Positions 1 to 10,119 are shown, counted from the stretch's first letter. The stretch is 64,000 nucleotides of DNA from an uncultured delta proteobacterium (GCA_963823335.1 CAWGLD010000001.1:928001-992000); one strand, 5' to 3'. Notes: generated from the sequence alone by a model not told the origin. Numbers and translations are program-made.

Positions 1-251
1 ACCCAAAACTGTTGTGTATCGATGAACCCTCTACGGGCCTGGCTCCCATCATGAAGCATGAAGTGTTTACAAAAATCGGTGATATCAAAAAAATGGGTAT
101 TACCGTTTTGCTAGTGGAGCAGGAAGTTAAGGCCGTGTTTGAGATGGCCGACCGCAATTACGTACTTTCCTCAGGTAAAATAATTGCCGAAGGATCAGGA
201 AAGGAACTGCTTAAAGATGAAATCCTTCGCAAAACCTATTTAGGATTATAA
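1..251 (+). CDS. Branched-chain amino acid ABC transporter ATP-binding protein (LivF-like), C-terminal part
   Basis: Walker B/D-loop CIDEPSTGLAP, LLVEQ and the C-terminal YLG typical of LivF. The gene runs off the window start. Confidence 0.85.
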   Translation, partial: PKLLCIDEPSTGLAPIMKHEVFTKIGDIKKMGITVLLVEQEVKAVFEMADRNYVLSSGKIIAEGSGKELLKDEILRKTYLGL

Positions 252-374
252 ACGTTCCGCTCTCGTTGTTGTCTCAACGATATTACGCATGAAATTCAGA
301 GACAAAGACAATTCCATATTTCTATAAACTGACATATCATAAATCGTTTTCACCGATAACAGAGGATCTGTCCG

Positions 375-1073
375 TCATGAAAGGTGCTTTAACCCATAAG
401 GGCAAACCGACGAACATATCCCGCAGTTATGACCCTTGTGGAACTGAAGGTAATGCTCTTTTTTCCATCGGTCACAGGTTTCCGCATCCAGTATTTCCTT
501 TCTTTCAATACCGGGTTTCCAGTCTTTCCCGGACAAAGCGCCGGCAGGGCATGCTTCCACACAATCGCGACAGGTGCCGCAATATCCACGGTTGAAAGGT
601 GTTCCATAGACCATGGGCATGTCTGTAAAGACCGTTCCCAGGCGGATCCAGGGCCCGAAGGGTCGGGTAACCAGCTGGCAATGACGGCCGACCCACCCCA
701 GCCCGGAAAGCGTGGCCGCTGTTTTGTGAGGAAACTCGCCTCTGATCTTTTTCTTGTCCGTCCGGTCTGATGCTGCCAGGGGATAAGCGCGAAACCCTTT
801 TTTAGCAATGGCCTTTGAAAGGTGCTGTGCTATCTCAGTAATGCGTACATTGGTTTGGGAATAGGCATCGGCATATGCCCGGGTCGGCCCGTTTTTAATA
901 CCGGCCATGATCTCGGGGGACATGGGGAGGGTCCATGAGATGGCACCTGGATAGGGTTCGCGATTTTTCCCCATGCGAACGCACAGCTTGCAAATATCTG
1001 CAGCCCCCCAGAGCGGAACACCCTGTGATTGCATCCAGCCGTTCAACCACTCATTATTATTAGCTTTTTTCAT
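375..1073 (-). CDS. Epoxyqueuosine reductase-like 4Fe-4S dicluster protein
   Basis: HKTAATLSGLGWVG, GPWIRLGTVFTD, CGTCRDCVEACP and CGICSSVCP motifs. Start trimmed to ATG 1073 to avoid overlap with the upstream gene. Confidence 0.8.
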   Translation of the reverse strand: MKKANNNEWLNGWMQSQGVPLWGAADICKLCVRMGKNREPYPGAISWTLPMSPEIMAGIKNGPTRAYADAYSQTNVRITEIAQHLSKAIAKKGFRAYPLAASDRTDKKKIRGEFPHKTAATLSGLGWVGRHCQLVTRPFGPWIRLGTVFTDMPMVYGTPFNRGYCGTCRDCVEACPAGALSGKDWKPGIERKEILDAETCDRWKKEHYLQFHKGHNCGICSSVCPYGLKHLS

Positions 1074-1087
1074 GCAGTTAATCCCCT

Positions 1088-1480
1088 TTATTCTCGCCAA
1101 AATTTGCTGAACAACTCCACCACACCCACCAGCAATACCACCACGGCAATGCACCACAAGAGTATCTGGCCACGCATGGGCAGATCAGGGGATGACATCA
1201 ACAACCATCCCAATAGCGTCCCCGCCCCACAGAAATTAATGACAATCGCCCCGCCCATACCCAGCCCGCGAACACCTTTAGAACCACCCCACTCCTCCAG
1301 GAGCAGGGCAATACCTATGCCGAACAGAACCGCCCCGAGAACGCACGGGTATAAAAAGGAAACCGGTTCCGGCACCCCCAGAAAAGATGCCATGCCGAAA
1401 GGAACCAACAGGAGCAGAATACCCAGTACCAGGTTAATAATACCGTCTATTATCAATAGAGTACGATGTTTTTGTTCCAC
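1088..1480 (-). CDS. Hypothetical membrane protein (about 4 TM)
   Basis: 130-aa ORF with four hydrophobic segments, packed co-directionally with its neighbours. Confidence 0.7.
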   Translation of the reverse strand: MEQKHRTLLIIDGIINLVLGILLLLVPFGMASFLGVPEPVSFLYPCVLGAVLFGIGIALLLEEWGGSKGVRGLGMGGAIVINFCGAGTLLGWLLMSSPDLPMRGQILLWCIAVVVLLVGVVELFSKFWRE

Positions 1481-1498
1481 TGGATATTTCTTTCCGGA

Positions 1499-1909
1499 TT
1501 AGAACCCACCCAAAACCGATGACAGCTTACGCACCACCTGACCATACCCCTGGTCAACATACAAAGCGATCTGGGCGATACAGGAATATGCAATGGCAAA
1601 CTGGGCAATGGCGTACCCTGCAATGGTAAACTGACTGATACTGATCACACCGACACCGAATTGAGATATGTTGATAATCCCGGCCCCGAACTGGCCAATG
1701 GAAATGACACCCGTTGCAACCACCGGCATCCGGTTCATGCGGTACTTAAAGGATATATGCACCAGGGGCAGACCCAGAAAATTGGCTTTTGATTTGTATT
1801 CATACCCCCACCCATCCCACTTCGGCTTTGCCGGATGCAAGGCACCACAGTTGGGACACATATACGCCTGCTCGCTCACCTGATGCTTGCAATCTCTACA
1901 TTCTTTCAT
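1499..1909 (-). CDS. Zinc-ribbon membrane-associated hypothetical protein
   Basis: N-terminal CRDC...CPNCG, followed by YEYKS..FLGLPLVHI and I-x-Q-F repeats. Confidence 0.75.
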   Translation of the reverse strand: MKECRDCKHQVSEQAYMCPNCGALHPAKPKWDGWGYEYKSKANFLGLPLVHISFKYRMNRMPVVATGVISIGQFGAGIINISQFGVGVISISQFTIAGYAIAQFAIAYSCIAQIALYVDQGYGQVVRKLSSVLGGF

Positions 1910-1994
1910 GGTTTGACCCTCTCCCAGTTGCGAACACTCCCTTTGACAATATGAAAAATAGGATGCGGCTCCGGCATCCCGACATCACAAAAGC

Positions 1995-2157
1995 GTTTAA
2001 TCAGATACGCGGCGATGACTGGCGTTGAAAACGTTTCAATTGAGGGTGATGCCTGTATCCCACGGTGTTACCACCCAGCACCGCCTGGGCCAAAAGGCCC
2101 TCACGCCACAAGCCCTTTGCTGCCCAGGTATCTGGGATGTATGGTCCATAACCGCAT
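1995..2157 (-). pseudogene. Frameshifted, truncated pyrimidine-dimer DNA glycosylase (DenV/endonuclease V-like) remnant
   Basis: Manual translation: MRLWTIHPRYLGSKGLVA* (ATG 2157, TGA 2101-2103), then WREGLLAQAVLGGNTVGYRHHPQLKRF in another frame, then IAAYL after a further frame change. This matches the family N-terminal signature MRLW..HP.YL..KGLVALWREGLLAQ.VL.G...GY.HHPQL.RF. Confidence 0.8.
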
Positions 2158-2162
2158 GGCTT

Positions 2163-2762
2163 CTATTTATGGTCGGGATCCATGCCCATTTCTTTGATGG
2201 TTTCCAGATCTTTTGGCCAGTTCCGCTGTTTGAAATAGGCTGCAAGTTCCGCCCTTACGTTTTCCGGTTTCCCCTGTGCCAGCTCACTTTTGGCAGATGT
2301 CCTTTCTGGACGGATCTCGACGACCGCGCAGGTTTTATAATCCGCCATTTCTTGATGAACTTTTTTGAGAGACCTGCCTGCTTCGTGCTTTTCCACCAGG
2401 GCGTTCAAGGCATTGGTTTTAAGTTGTGCTTCATCCACCACCCGTGCCGTTCCGCGCATGATGACACACTGGTAAAACTGGTGAAGTTTGCAGGGCGAGC
2501 CATCATCGGAAAACTGTGAATCCAGATACGCCAAGGGTATATCGACCTGAAAACCGACCTTGGCATTACGCGCAATATTATCCAGTTTTTCACCGGTCAA
2601 TGCACAATGAAAATAGATATTTCCCTTATAGGACACAAAATTTACCGGCGTAATATAAGGGTAGCCATTTATATCAGTGGTTGCCAGACGACCGATGGTG
2701 GATTTTAAAAGAATTTTTTCTATACTCTCAGGGTCAGTCACCTCACATGCTTTGCGCTTCAT
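2163..2762 (-). CDS. Pyridoxamine 5'-phosphate oxidase-like flavin-binding protein (NimA-like)
   Basis: GRLAT...PYITPVNF...IYFHCA..GEKLDNI..N..VGF motif. Confidence 0.85.
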   Translation of the reverse strand: MKRKACEVTDPESIEKILLKSTIGRLATTDINGYPYITPVNFVSYKGNIYFHCALTGEKLDNIARNAKVGFQVDIPLAYLDSQFSDDGSPCKLHQFYQCVIMRGTARVVDEAQLKTNALNALVEKHEAGRSLKKVHQEMADYKTCAVVEIRPERTSAKSELAQGKPENVRAELAAYFKQRNWPKDLETIKEMGMDPDHK

Positions 2763-2812
2763 TCTGATTTATCTCCTTTGTTGTTCGTCCATCATTTACA
2801 AATTGATACCTC

Positions 2813-4036
2813 TCAGATGGGTTTCAGGGTTGTCTGTATTTTAACCTTGGATTCCAAGGTTCGGTGAACCGGGCACCTGTCAGCAATTTCCATCAATCGT
2901 TGTGACTGGGATGCATCCAGGGACCCCATCAGCTCCACGTCTCTTTCGATCCAGTCCACCATGGCCTGGTCTGTTTCACATGTTTTGCAGTCCCTGGCGT
3001 GAATCTTCTTATGAGACAAGGAAACCACCACCTCTTCCAGGGGCCATTGCTTGCGGTCCGCATACATGCGCAGGGTCATGGCTGTACAGGCCCCCAGCCC
3101 GGCCACGAGATAATCATAAGGTGTCGGTCCCATGTTCGTCCCACCAACGGAAACCGGCTCATCTGCAATCAAAGAAAGTCCATTGGCCATGATTTCCGTT
3201 CGAAATCCAGTATCACCGATACGTGCGACAATACGGTTTTTCTCTTTACCGTCTTCAGCGGGCTCCGTTCGTTCAATGGTGAGGTATTTCCGTACCCATG
3301 AAGCAATCATGGCACCCACATACCTGGCATCTTCCGCATTCATGAGCAGGTGATCTGCCTGATCCAGGGAAATAAAACTTTTGGGATGACGCGCATACTG
3401 GAAGATCTTGGCAGCATTGTCGATACCGACAGTCTTGTCCACAGGTGAGTGGAAAATAAGAAGGGCTTTTTTCAGGTTTCGAACCGCCTTTTCCATCTGA
3501 ACCGCTCCCAGATCATCCAGGAATTGCTTCTTTATCCTGAAAGGTCTGCCCTCTATGGCAATTTCCGCCTCACCGTCCAATGCGATGGTCTCCTGGTGCT
3601 CTTTGAAGTGACGCATGACATGTGCAGGATCTGCCGGCGCACCGATGACGGCAACCGCTTTACTGGATCGTATTTGCCCGGCTGCCTGCAGTACCGCCGC
3701 CCCACCCAGGGAGTGACCAATGAGAATTTTGGGCGCTTCGTACTCGCTTTCAAGAAAGTCTGCCGCCGCCACCAGGTCTGCAATGTTGGTCGAAAAATTG
3801 GTGTCTGCAAAATCGCCCTCACTTTCTCCCAGACCCGTAAAGTCAAACCGTAAAACTGCAACCCGTTCACGGGTTAAGGCCCGACTGATATGATTGATGG
3901 ATTTGAGATTCTTGGTGCAGGTAAAGCAATGGGCAAACAATGCGAATGCTTCGGGGCGACCGTCGGCAGGCAGATCCAAAAGCGCCGACAATTGATTGCC
4001 GCCGCTCCCTTTGAAATAGAGTTTCTTCAATGTCAT
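2813..4036 (-). CDS. Bifunctional alpha/beta hydrolase-OsmC family protein
   Basis: AHCFTC and GHSLGG in the hydrolase domain; DEP..GG...GPTPYD, LGACT and RCPVH in the OsmC domain. Confidence 0.9.
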   Translation of the reverse strand: MTLKKLYFKGSGGNQLSALLDLPADGRPEAFALFAHCFTCTKNLKSINHISRALTRERVAVLRFDFTGLGESEGDFADTNFSTNIADLVAAADFLESEYEAPKILIGHSLGGAAVLQAAGQIRSSKAVAVIGAPADPAHVMRHFKEHQETIALDGEAEIAIEGRPFRIKKQFLDDLGAVQMEKAVRNLKKALLIFHSPVDKTVGIDNAAKIFQYARHPKSFISLDQADHLLMNAEDARYVGAMIASWVRKYLTIERTEPAEDGKEKNRIVARIGDTGFRTEIMANGLSLIADEPVSVGGTNMGPTPYDYLVAGLGACTAMTLRMYADRKQWPLEEVVVSLSHKKIHARDCKTCETDQAMVDWIERDVELMGSLDASQSQRLMEIADRCPVHRTLESKVKIQTTLKPI

Positions 4037-4464
4037 GATGGCACCTTTTGTAATGCTTTCTCATTGATCTTTTTCTCAAATGTTGCCGCGTCAACAATAA
4101 AACGTTCGTGCATCCCTTTGCTGATAAGGTCAATCCCATCTGATGCAGAAACGTCGAAAACCAACCGCCGCCTGTCCACTTCCACAAGTTTCACAAACAC
4201 CGTCACCTCAAGGCCGGGGGGTGTCGCGGCCGTATGATTGATCTTGATATCGGTTCCCACAGTCTGTTCTTTTGGCCAGTCAATATACGGGTTGATGGCC
4301 TGAATGCAGGTCCATTCCATAAGACCCACCAGAAAACCGGTGGCCAGAACTTTGGGCATAACCTGAAGTTCCGCTGCTTCCGGGTATAGCGCCGGAACGA
4401 TTTTGGACTCGGGAACCAGGTATTTGAACTCATGATGAATTCCGGGCGTTAATGTCTCTTTCAT
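4033..4464 (-). CDS. Hot-dog fold thioesterase (fluoroacetyl-CoA thioesterase FlK-like)
   Basis: VLATGFLVGLME, TVGT.I...HTAATPPG and G.HERFIV. Start taken at ATG 4464. Confidence 0.85.
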   Translation of the reverse strand: MKETLTPGIHHEFKYLVPESKIVPALYPEAAELQVMPKVLATGFLVGLMEWTCIQAINPYIDWPKEQTVGTDIKINHTAATPPGLEVTVFVKLVEVDRRRLVFDVSASDGIDLISKGMHERFIVDAATFEKKINEKALQKVPS

Positions 4465-4532
4465 CGTTTCTCCTTGGCATTCAGAAGCTTTGCGTATGGA
4501 GAGGGTCAACTAATTCTCTTTTCTATTAAGGT

Positions 4533-5459
4533 TCAAAGACTGATGGGTGATCCCTGAGCGGCTGTGATATTAAAAAACTGCAAGGCGTTTTCCCTGAATA
4601 TTTTTAACATGGAGGCTTCTGAAAGACCGGCTTTCTGGATTTGCTTGATTTCCCTGTCCCAGGCATATGGGATATTAGGGTAGTCCGATCCATACATGAT
4701 ACGATCCATCCGCATATCAGCAAGCCGGATGACCTGTTCCGTGGGTAGAAAATCAGCGCAAGCCACGGATGTGTCGAGCCAGAGATTGTCAAATGTCTCC
4801 GTCATGCGCTGATATGCCGTATATTCGTCCATTCCCAGATGCGGTACACAGATCTTGAGAGCAGGATAGCTTTTCAGCACCTGTTCCAGTTTGTCTGCCC
4901 GGCAGAGCGCATAGGGATCACACATGTACGATTCGCTCTTGGGTTCTCTTCCCACATGCATGACCAGTGGTTTCCCTCTTCGTGAACAAACATCATAGAT
5001 AGGGTCCATGTCGGGACTGTTCATGTCAAAGCACTGAACATGGGCATGCAGTTTGACGCCTCTCAACCCGGCATCAAACGCCTCTTCCAGGATGATTGCG
5101 GCATCCGTCTCACCAGGGAAAACTGTGGCCATGCCGGTGATGCGCCCGGAAAATTTCCGGCACAGACCCAGCATATACAGATTGAGATCCCGTGCAATGC
5201 CAGGCTTGTGAGCATACTGGAGGGCGACAATATGGTCAACCCCACGTTTCAAGAGATATTCAAGAAGCTCGGGTGTGGTACCCTTGTAGCGGATGGGCCA
5301 TGCATTTTTCTCAAACCATTCCCACAGGGCCTTGAAAACCGGCTCCGGAAAAACATGAACATGGGTATCCACAATACCGGGCAGGCCCGATGGTACGATG
5401 TCACCCTCCTTGTCTCCCACGGCAGGAAACGGCAGATCCAGTTGGCGTGCATTATTCAT
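4533..5459 (-). CDS. Amidohydrolase family protein (Amidohydro_2)
   Basis: DTHVH, GVKLH, MHVG, PHLG and YGSDYP metal-binding motifs. Confidence 0.88.
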   Translation of the reverse strand: MNNARQLDLPFPAVGDKEGDIVPSGLPGIVDTHVHVFPEPVFKALWEWFEKNAWPIRYKGTTPELLEYLLKRGVDHIVALQYAHKPGIARDLNLYMLGLCRKFSGRITGMATVFPGETDAAIILEEAFDAGLRGVKLHAHVQCFDMNSPDMDPIYDVCSRRGKPLVMHVGREPKSESYMCDPYALCRADKLEQVLKSYPALKICVPHLGMDEYTAYQRMTETFDNLWLDTSVACADFLPTEQVIRLADMRMDRIMYGSDYPNIPYAWDREIKQIQKAGLSEASMLKIFRENALQFFNITAAQGSPISL

Positions 5460-5460
5460 T

Positions 5461-5934
5461 TTAAAATTCGTCCAGTGTCAACAGCATGTATTGTGCCTCG
5501 GGTAGAGGGTTGTGGTAATACGGCACTGTTTCTCTAAAGCCGTGTGATCGGTAGAGCGCTTGCGCATTCACCATCGTCGAGAGGGTGTCCAGGAGCATTT
5601 CCCTGTAACCGAGCTGCCTCCCTTTTAAGATGATTCTCCGGCAGAGTGCCTTGCCGATACCCTTGCCCCTGAATTGCGGCCGAACATACAATCGTTTCAT
5701 TTCACTGCGTCGGCTGTCAATTTTACGCAAACCCACACACCCCGCTGGTACGTCACCCTGTATGGCCAGAAGCAAAGCCCCCTCCGGTGGCATGTAGATG
5801 TCTGAGAGATGCATCAACTCCTGTTCAAAGTTCTGAAATGTCAGATCGATGCCGATGGAAAGCGCATATTCATCAAACAGTTCCCGTACGGTTTTAATAT
5901 CACTGGTTCTTGTCACTTCTATTAATTGGCACAT
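5461..5934 (-). CDS. GNAT family N-acetyltransferase
   Basis: [17 protein letters not shown] acetyl-CoA motif and A..LY...GF. Confidence 0.9.
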   Translation of the reverse strand: MCQLIEVTRTSDIKTVRELFDEYALSIGIDLTFQNFEQELMHLSDIYMPPEGALLLAIQGDVPAGCVGLRKIDSRRSEMKRLYVRPQFRGKGIGKALCRRIILKGRQLGYREMLLDTLSTMVNAQALYRSHGFRETVPYYHNPLPEAQYMLLTLDEF

Positions 5935-6752
5935 TCCTTGAAAACCTTTGCCAGCAACTCCATATGCTTTTTTTCCATTTGAGAAATTGAAAAAAAGATG
6001 TCCTGTGCTGTTGCATCCGTCAACACGTTGGCCATGTTTCTGTAGAGATCATAGGCCTGGATTTCAATATTGAGCGCAAATTCCATCAGGGCCGTACAAC
6101 CCTTGCCCGCTAAAGATGCCACACGTTGGATGGCCTCCATCAGTTTTTCACCCCCTTCAAGGATTTCCCCGTCCAGGCTTGCAAAGAGCTCTTTGAACGG
6201 CAGTGGGTTTTTCCGCGTCCGCTGCCAGTAGGTATAAATAGTCCTGGCGTGTGCCTCCTCGGCCCGGGAAAGGGTCTCGAGAATAGGTGCATAGGATGCT
6301 TGGGCATGGCTGTCAAAAACAGATTCATAGAATCGTAGAGCAGCCTTTTCCAGACCCATGGCTGTCAGCATGAGATCCGGCATGGAAGCATCCGCCTTAA
6401 ATACAGCCATCCGGGGAAGAGCTGCCAGAGACAGACCATCCCAGTCCATCATTCCGCCAATCAGATTGTGTACCTTCTGGAGCGCAATTCCGCTGTCCAG
6501 GGAAATAATGGCCGCCGCCTGGGATCGGGCACCGCTGCGGCAGTAAAAAAAGAGATCCTTGTCCTCAGGCAGTTCCGAAAGATGGGATTCCAGATCGTCG
6601 AGGGGCATCAACTTTGATCCGGGAATATGCCCCTGGATATACTCATCCGGTTGACGGACATCGACCAGAATATAGTCCTGCTCCCCATGGTCCTTCTGGT
6701 ATTGTCTGAATGTTTCCGAGCTTATGTTTTCAAAATCCATTGCATTCATCAT
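5922..6752 (-). CDS. Rhodanese domain fused to a ferritin-like (rubrerythrin-type) domain
   Basis: [13 protein letters not shown] and CRSGARS in the rhodanese domain; E...FY...EEAH and E...Y...EKKH in the ferritin-like domain. Confidence 0.85.
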   Translation of the reverse strand: MMNAMDFENISSETFRQYQKDHGEQDYILVDVRQPDEYIQGHIPGSKLMPLDDLESHLSELPEDKDLFFYCRSGARSQAAAIISLDSGIALQKVHNLIGGMMDWDGLSLAALPRMAVFKADASMPDLMLTAMGLEKAALRFYESVFDSHAQASYAPILETLSRAEEAHARTIYTYWQRTRKNPLPFKELFASLDGEILEGGEKLMEAIQRVASLAGKGCTALMEFALNIEIQAYDLYRNMANVLTDATAQDIFFSISQMEKKHMELLAKVFKECAN

Positions 6753-6839
6753 TTCCCCTTATAACGCCAATCGATTATGGTCCAAAGTTAAAAAAAACGG
6801 ATCTTCTTCCAATAAGTTGTGAGAAAGGGTTCAATCCTT

Positions 6840-6874
6840 AATTTGGATCAACTCTTTGAGAGATGATCCAAATT
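6840..6874. terminator. Inverted repeat after the pirin gene (terminator-like hairpin)
   Basis: AATTTGGATCA-ACTCT-TTG-AGAGA-TGATCCAAATT directly at the pirin stop. Confidence 0.55.
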
Positions 6875-7758
6875 TATTTAAGAAAGGTACCTGCCTCATA
6901 TTCTTCAAATGCGATCCGTAGTTCTTCCTGGGTGTTCATGACAATGGGACCTTGCCAGGCAACAGGTTCTCTGATGGGCATGCCGGAAATCAATAAAAAT
7001 CTAAGCGCATCCTGCCTGGTGGAAACCGCCACCTGCTCGCCGTCCGCAAAAAGTACGAGGGTTTCATGGGATAGCATGTCAGCCGTGTCAGCATCCTCCT
7101 GTGCAGCTGATTTCATGGCATCCGGGCCGAAAAAACCCTGACCGTCGATGATGTATGCAAACACGGTATGCCCTGGTTGGGTCGGGTGCACAAACACCTG
7201 CCCCGCAGGCACTTGTACATCCAAATAAGATGGATCAATAAAAATGTCTTCAACCGGGCCCTGCTTTCCATATGCCTTACCGCAGAGGATGCGGATCGTG
7301 GTACCGTTGTCCAGCACCACCTGGGGAATTTGTTCCCGCGTAATATCCCGGTAACGCGGCTGGGTCATTTTATCGCTTGCCGGCAGGTTTGCCCAGAGCT
7401 GAAAACCACCCATGCGACCGTTTTTGTCCCCCCTGGGCATTTCCTGATGGACAATACCGCTGCCGGCGGTCATCCACTGGACATCACCGGAAAAAATGAT
7501 GCCTGAGTTGCCCAAACTGTCGCCGTGTTCTACCTGGCCATCGATCATATAGGTAATGGTCTCGATACCCCGGTGTGGATGCCAGGGAAACCCTTTCAGA
7601 TAATGCGCAGGATTATCCGAGCGAAAGTCATCCAACAGCAGGAACGGATCGAACAGTTCTGTATTGCCAAACCCGAAGACCCTCTTAAGGTGGACACCAG
7701 CACCTTCTAAGGTGGGCTGACTCTTTATAAGCCTTGCAATGCGTCTATTTTCAGGCAT
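6874..7758 (-). CDS. Pirin family protein
   Basis: DPFLLLD, GFPWHPHRGIETITY, WMTAGSGIVHQEMP, FQLWANLP and GPIVMNT. AGGAGG RBS upstream. Confidence 0.95.
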   Translation of the reverse strand: MPENRRIARLIKSQPTLEGAGVHLKRVFGFGNTELFDPFLLLDDFRSDNPAHYLKGFPWHPHRGIETITYMIDGQVEHGDSLGNSGIIFSGDVQWMTAGSGIVHQEMPRGDKNGRMGGFQLWANLPASDKMTQPRYRDITREQIPQVVLDNGTTIRILCGKAYGKQGPVEDIFIDPSYLDVQVPAGQVFVHPTQPGHTVFAYIIDGQGFFGPDAMKSAAQEDADTADMLSHETLVLFADGEQVAVSTRQDALRFLLISGMPIREPVAWQGPIVMNTQEELRIAFEEYEAGTFLK

Positions 7759-7969
7759 CACGGACCTCCTTGTTCATCTTTGGTGCAACGATCTCCCACT
7801 GGTCTGCATAATGATTCCAGCCTGTATCGTCGTGCAGAACGGTGACATCAAAACGATAGGTTCTCTCACCGGATATGGACACCTGCACCATGCCGATATC
7901 TGCCTTGCCGGCATATGTCGGCATGGCCGGAACCATGAGGGCCAGAATGAAACCCGCCATCCATTTCAT
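7751..7969 (-). pseudogene. Probably 3'-truncated secreted conserved hypothetical protein
   Basis: Signal peptide plus YRFDVTV.H.DTGW.HYAD.WE motif. The ORF then runs directly into the pirin RBS and stops at 72 aa. Relatives I recall continue with an HPH..EQPFTRS segment that is missing here. Confidence 0.55.
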
Positions 7970-7987
7970 CTGCTTCTCCTTTGGTTG

Positions 7988-9055
7988 TTACCATTTGTTT
8001 TTCTTGGATTTCATCACCGATTTAACCATCTTTCCGAACTGTTTGTCCTTTTTCTTTTTTTCCTGGTAGGACATTTCATGAAAAATCGATTCTTTGTTCA
8101 TTTTCAAATAGTTTTGATAGCGCTCTTCTAATATAATACCTGATTCCAGGGCTGAAAGGACCGCACACCCTTTTTCTTTTGTATGTGAACAATCATGGAA
8201 ACGGCAACCGGAAGCCAAGTCTTCAATCTCATGAAATGCGCTCTTTAACCCGCTGTCCACGGCAAGACTTCCAAGCTCCCGCATGCCGGGCGTATCAACG
8301 ATCATGGCGTCATTTTTCAGACGTATGAGCTGCCGGCGTGTGGTGGTGTGCCGACCCTTGCCGTCTTTTTCCCTTACCGTTTGGGTCTCAAACACACTGT
8401 CTTTTAGCAGGCTGTTTAGCAGCGTTGTCTTTCCAACCCCCGATGAGCCCAGCAGGCAATAGGTGTTTCCGGGTGTCAGCAGTGCCCATATGCTGTCCAG
8501 CCCTTCTCCGGTTTTATTGCTGAAGGCGATAACCCGCAGCTCTGGAAAGATGGCAGCGATTTCATTCAAGCGCATTTCAATGGCGTGGGTTTCAAGCAGA
8601 TCGCCTTTGCTCAGCAGCGCCACCGGCTGAATACCACCATCGTAGACCATGACCATGTACCGCTCCAGTCGTCTCAGATTATAGTCGGCATCCAGGGACT
8701 GGACAATAAAAGCCGTGTCAATGTTGGCGGCAATGAGTTGATGGGATATTTTTCTGCCGGCGGTCTTGCGCTTTAATACGGTTTTTCGCCGGCAGATAGC
8801 ATGAATTATGGCCCGGGACCCCTGGTCCACCATTTGAACCCGTACCCAATCACCCACTGCTGGATAGTCCAGAGGGCTTTCCGCACTGAACATGAGTTTG
8901 CCTGTAATTTCAGCCGTTGTTTCCTGGTTTTCATTGGCAACCACGTAATGCTCCCGGTCCACGGCAATCACCCTGGCCATGTCCAGTTCATCGTCCATGA
9001 CAGTATCGGCCTGTCCTGTCTGTTCTTCTTTTAAGCTGGGGGATTTCATTTTCAT
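7988..9055 (-). CDS. rsgA: Ribosome small subunit-dependent GTPase A
   Basis: PAVGDWV, AANID, GSSGVGKTT, GRHTTT, DTPGMRE and the CRFHDCSH..E.GC zinc finger. Start codon uncertain. Confidence 0.92.
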   Translation of the reverse strand: MKMKSPSLKEEQTGQADTVMDDELDMARVIAVDREHYVVANENQETTAEITGKLMFSAESPLDYPAVGDWVRVQMVDQGSRAIIHAICRRKTVLKRKTAGRKISHQLIAANIDTAFIVQSLDADYNLRRLERYMVMVYDGGIQPVALLSKGDLLETHAIEMRLNEIAAIFPELRVIAFSNKTGEGLDSIWALLTPGNTYCLLGSSGVGKTTLLNSLLKDSVFETQTVREKDGKGRHTTTRRQLIRLKNDAMIVDTPGMRELGSLAVDSGLKSAFHEIEDLASGCRFHDCSHTKEKGCAVLSALESGIILEERYQNYLKMNKESIFHEMSYQEKKKKDKQFGKMVKSVMKSKKNKW

Positions 9056-9275
9056 ATGGCTCGATGCTAAAAAATCCAACCATCATTGTCAAAATAATTC
9101 CGTTGAATTGATTTTAGTCCGAATATTTCAGGTTTGTGAAATTTCCGGGTTCGTAAACAACGGATTTTCCATGAACACGTGTGCTTCATTAGGCTTGTTT
9201 TTTCATGTCGGTTCTAATAATAAAATGGCTCAACTTAGTTTATTGAATCACAGTTACGCCAATACGGAGGTTGAG

Positions 9276-10082
9276 ATGAATGAGGACAGCTTTGTAAAAC
9301 TTGAAATGAAGGGACACGTTGCCTGGGTAACGCTGAACAGGCCTGAAAAACGAAACGCTTTGAATTTTGAGATGCTTGAACAACTGGTCGCCACCTTTCA
9401 GCAACTGGATCAGGATGATAACACCCGGGTCATCGTTATCAACGGAGAAGGGAAAAGCTTCTGCGCCGGTCTGGAACTGACCGCTCTGGCAGGCCTGATC
9501 GAAAAGAAATCAGCCGATTACAGGGAACGCCTGCGTAGAACCATTCTCCATGGGCAGACCAGCACCAATATTATTGAGCTGTGCAATAAACCGGTGATCC
9601 TGGCATCCCACAGCCACTGTATCGGGGGAGGCGTTGACATCGCCTGTGCCTGCGATATACGCTTGGCCTCCAAAGACGCGATCTTCTCTGTTCGTGAAAC
9701 CAGACTGGCCTTTGTTGCAGACCTTGGCACCACCCAGCGGCTGCACCGTATTGTGGGTGAACCCTGGGCAAGGGAGCTTTGTCTTACCGGAAGAGATTTT
9801 ACCGGCGAGAGCGCCCTTCGGATTGGATTTATCACCCACCTATGTGAAGACAAGGCATCCTTGTTTCAAAAAGCCCAGGAAATTGCCCAGGAAATTGCGG
9901 ACAACTCGCCCCTGGCTGTCCAGGGTGTCAAGGATGTTCTACGCTTTACCAGCGATCACGGCACCGTGGCAGGACTCAAGTATGTGGCCCAGAAAAATGC
10001 CGCCATGCTCATCTGCGACGATGGTATCGAAGCCGTCACCGCAGCCATCGAAAAGAGGAAGCCCGTATTCAAGGGCAAATAA
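9276..10082 (+). CDS. Enoyl-CoA hydratase/isomerase (crotonase) family protein
   Basis: LNRPEKRNA, FCAGLEL, CIGGG.D, CDIR and ADLGT. GGAGG RBS before ATG 9276. Confidence 0.92.
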   Translation: MNEDSFVKLEMKGHVAWVTLNRPEKRNALNFEMLEQLVATFQQLDQDDNTRVIVINGEGKSFCAGLELTALAGLIEKKSADYRERLRRTILHGQTSTNIIELCNKPVILASHSHCIGGGVDIACACDIRLASKDAIFSVRETRLAFVADLGTTQRLHRIVGEPWARELCLTGRDFTGESALRIGFITHLCEDKASLFQKAQEIAQEIADNSPLAVQGVKDVLRFTSDHGTVAGLKYVAQKNAAMLICDDGIEAVTAAIEKRKPVFKGK

Positions 10083-10119
10083 TATATTTACACGAATAAA
10101 ATTCGTGTGAATATATTAT
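10079..10119 (+). terminator. AT-rich 19-bp inverted repeat at the end of the crotonase gene
   Basis: ATAATATATTTACACGAAT-AAA-ATTCGTGTGAATATATTAT, with one G-U pair. Confidence 0.55.

Noticed and set aside
2086-2103. TGA at 2101-2103 followed by a GGGCC-TTTT-GGCCC hairpin as another Sec codon
   Set aside because: The family residue here is Leu, homology continues only in another frame, and the hairpin starts immediately after the UGA, unlike the three SECIS candidates.
8979-9275. 99-aa N-terminal extension of the crotonase ORF
   Set aside because: It overlaps the divergent rsgA start, and the RBS and homology begin at ATG 9276.
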